DNA of 64,000 nucleotides from NCBI RefSeq assembly GCF_054482525.1, contig NZ_CM137006.1; one strand, 5' to 3'. Shown piece by piece: positions 62,795 to 64,000 of this stretch (position 1 is its first letter; each line of letters starts with the position of its first letter). The notes under the pieces were generated by a model. It saw only the letters and a program-made list of their open reading frames with translations, ran no database searches and was not told where the DNA came from. The position numbers and the translations under genes were made by a program.

Positions 62795-62903
62795 TTAATC
62801 CTCCGTTTCACTTCTCATTTCTGCCATTCCATTGCCGTTGATAAAGAGTTTATCTGTTAATCTGTAAATTGATGTGAAAACTCTTAGCAAACAGGATAAT
62901 GCA

Positions 62904-63170
62904 ATGGAATGGCTGGTCAAAAAATCGTGCTGCAATAAACAAGATAACAGACATGTACTTATGCTCTGCGATGCTGGTGGCACGATAAAAATGATCGCCG
63001 AAGTGAAGAGTGACTTCGCCGTGAAAGTGGGGGATTTACTCTCGCCTTTGCAGAATGCGCTTTATTGTATTAATCGTGAAAAGCTGCATACGGTGAAAGT
63101 CCTCTCGGCAAGCAGTTATAGCCCCGATGAGTGGGAACGGCAGTGTAAAGTGGCAGGGAAAACTCAGTAA
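62904..63170 (+). CDS. pmrD: Signal transduction connector protein PmrD
   Basis: 88 aa from ATG 62904 ([26 protein letters not shown]...; AGGA 7 nt upstream); track ORF extended to upstream GTG. Confidence 0.9.
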
Positions 63171-63550
63171 CGTTGTTTTGTCGTGGGCAGGAAAATCAGC
63201 ATCAACCCGCTCATAATACAGGCTACTCCCAGTAGTGCTTTCAGCGAAAAAGTCCCTTCCCAGCCGGGAAGTACCATTGAAGCAATCCATACCAGCACAT
63301 AACTCATACTGAGCAAGGCATAGGCTTTGCTTAGTGCAAGTTTATGTAGTGTTTTATACCAACAAAAAACGGAAAGCAGATAACCCAGCAGCCCGAGTAA
63401 CAGTATCCGGGCATCCAGGCCAAAAGCTAACAGCGCCGCGATAAAATCCCATAAGTGCGTCATCGGCGGCAGATGACTCGCCGCAAAACCCAGGCTTAAT
63501 TGCGCAGCGGAGGCGATAATGACGCTGAATAATCCCCACATCAGGCCCAT
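63164..63550 (-). CDS. arnF: Undecaprenyl-phosphate-L-Ara4N flippase subunit ArnF
   Basis: 128 aa from ATG at 63550 ([17 protein letters not shown]...); track ORF is an in-frame read-through extension into arnE; 3' end overlaps pmrD 3' end by 7 bp. Confidence 0.9.
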
Positions 63551-63885
63551 TACACGGTACTCCCGAGGATCACAATGCCACCAATAATGAACGCCACCCC
63601 ACACCAGTGACGCGGCGATACCGGTTCGTGCCACAGTTTTACTGCAGCCAGCGTCACCCAGACAAAATTCAGACTTAACATCGGGTAGGCAATGCCTACC
63701 GGTACGTTCTGCAAGACCAGCAGCCAGAGCACCATGGCAGGACCAAGACAAGCCAGCGCCAGTCCCAGCCACAGCACGATATGTTTGCGCCGTTTGTTTA
63801 TCGCCACAAAGCAGGTTGCCTGTTTCTGACACAACTGCCCGGCAACGCTAAGCAAGCTGGCAAAGACTAATGTTAGCCAGATCAT
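63550..63885 (-). CDS. arnE: Undecaprenyl-phosphate-L-Ara4N flippase subunit ArnE
   Basis: 111 aa ([17 protein letters not shown]...); SMR/EamA-like 4-TM protein; stop overlaps arnF start (TAATG). Confidence 0.92.
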
Positions 63886-64000
63886 TTGGGACGATACTGA
63901 ATCAGCACCAGACGCTCCTGACGATCGATGGTATCTGCGGGCGGAATGGCGAGACTGTTGATATCTTCATCGCGGTCAACCGAAAGCACGAGTGTAATAA
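63882..64000 (-). CDS. arnT: ArnT (L-Ara4N transferase), C-terminal fragment; gene continues beyond window end
   Basis: Minus-strand frame open from window end to TGA at 63884-63882 (...LIQYRPK*), overlapping arnE ATG in an ATGA junction; operon context arnT-arnE-arnF. Confidence 0.7.
   Translation of the reverse strand, partial: ITLVLSVDRDEDINSLAIPPADTIDRQERLVLIQYRPK

Noticed and set aside
62841-62870. Possible PhoP box upstream of pmrD (direct repeat TCTGTTA / TCTGTAA)
   Set aside because: The half-sites are spaced 8 bp apart rather than the 11-bp periodicity of the PhoP box and match the (T/G)GTTTA consensus poorly; not supportable by eye.

Overview
This 64 kb window reads as conserved Escherichia coli core chromosome (the K-12 51-53 min region, in reverse orientation to K-12 numbering). 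Gene order: yfcJ(partial)-flk-pdxB-usg-truA-dedA-accD-folC-dedD-cvpA-purF-ubiX-argT-hisJQMP-yfcI(rpnB)-yfcH-folX-yfcG-yfcF-yfcE-yfcD-yfcC-pta-ackA-yfbV-yfbU-yfbT-yfbS-yfbR-alaA-lrhA-nuoABCEFGHIJKLMN-[IS200-like element]-yfbM-yfbL-elaD-rbn-elaA-elaB-menFDHBCE-pmrD-arnF-arnE-arnT(partial). All calls rest on the supplied ORF track plus my recognition of the translated proteins and gene order; no database search or alignment was run. About 64 protein-coding genes are present and all look intact, which argues for E. coli rather than a pseudogene-rich Shigella. I saw no rRNA, tRNA, CRISPR array or prophage. Start codons were refined where the track began at an upstream GTG/TTG (accD, dedD, yfcC, yfbU, nuoG, rbn, menD, pmrD, arnF). 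I did not find a convincing novel multi-gene system. The only clearly accessory feature is an IS200/IS605-family element sitting directly after the nuo operon terminator. From memory of K-12, yfbN-yfbO-yfbP (at the IS200 site) and yfbK (between yfbL and elaD) appear to be absent; this needs alignment to confirm. Other points worth a second look are a 0.9 kb AT-rich non-coding tract upstream of lrhA, an unusually long structured spacer between nuoL and nuoM, a near-consensus NtrC site upstream of hisJ, and several strong hairpins in intergenic regions.
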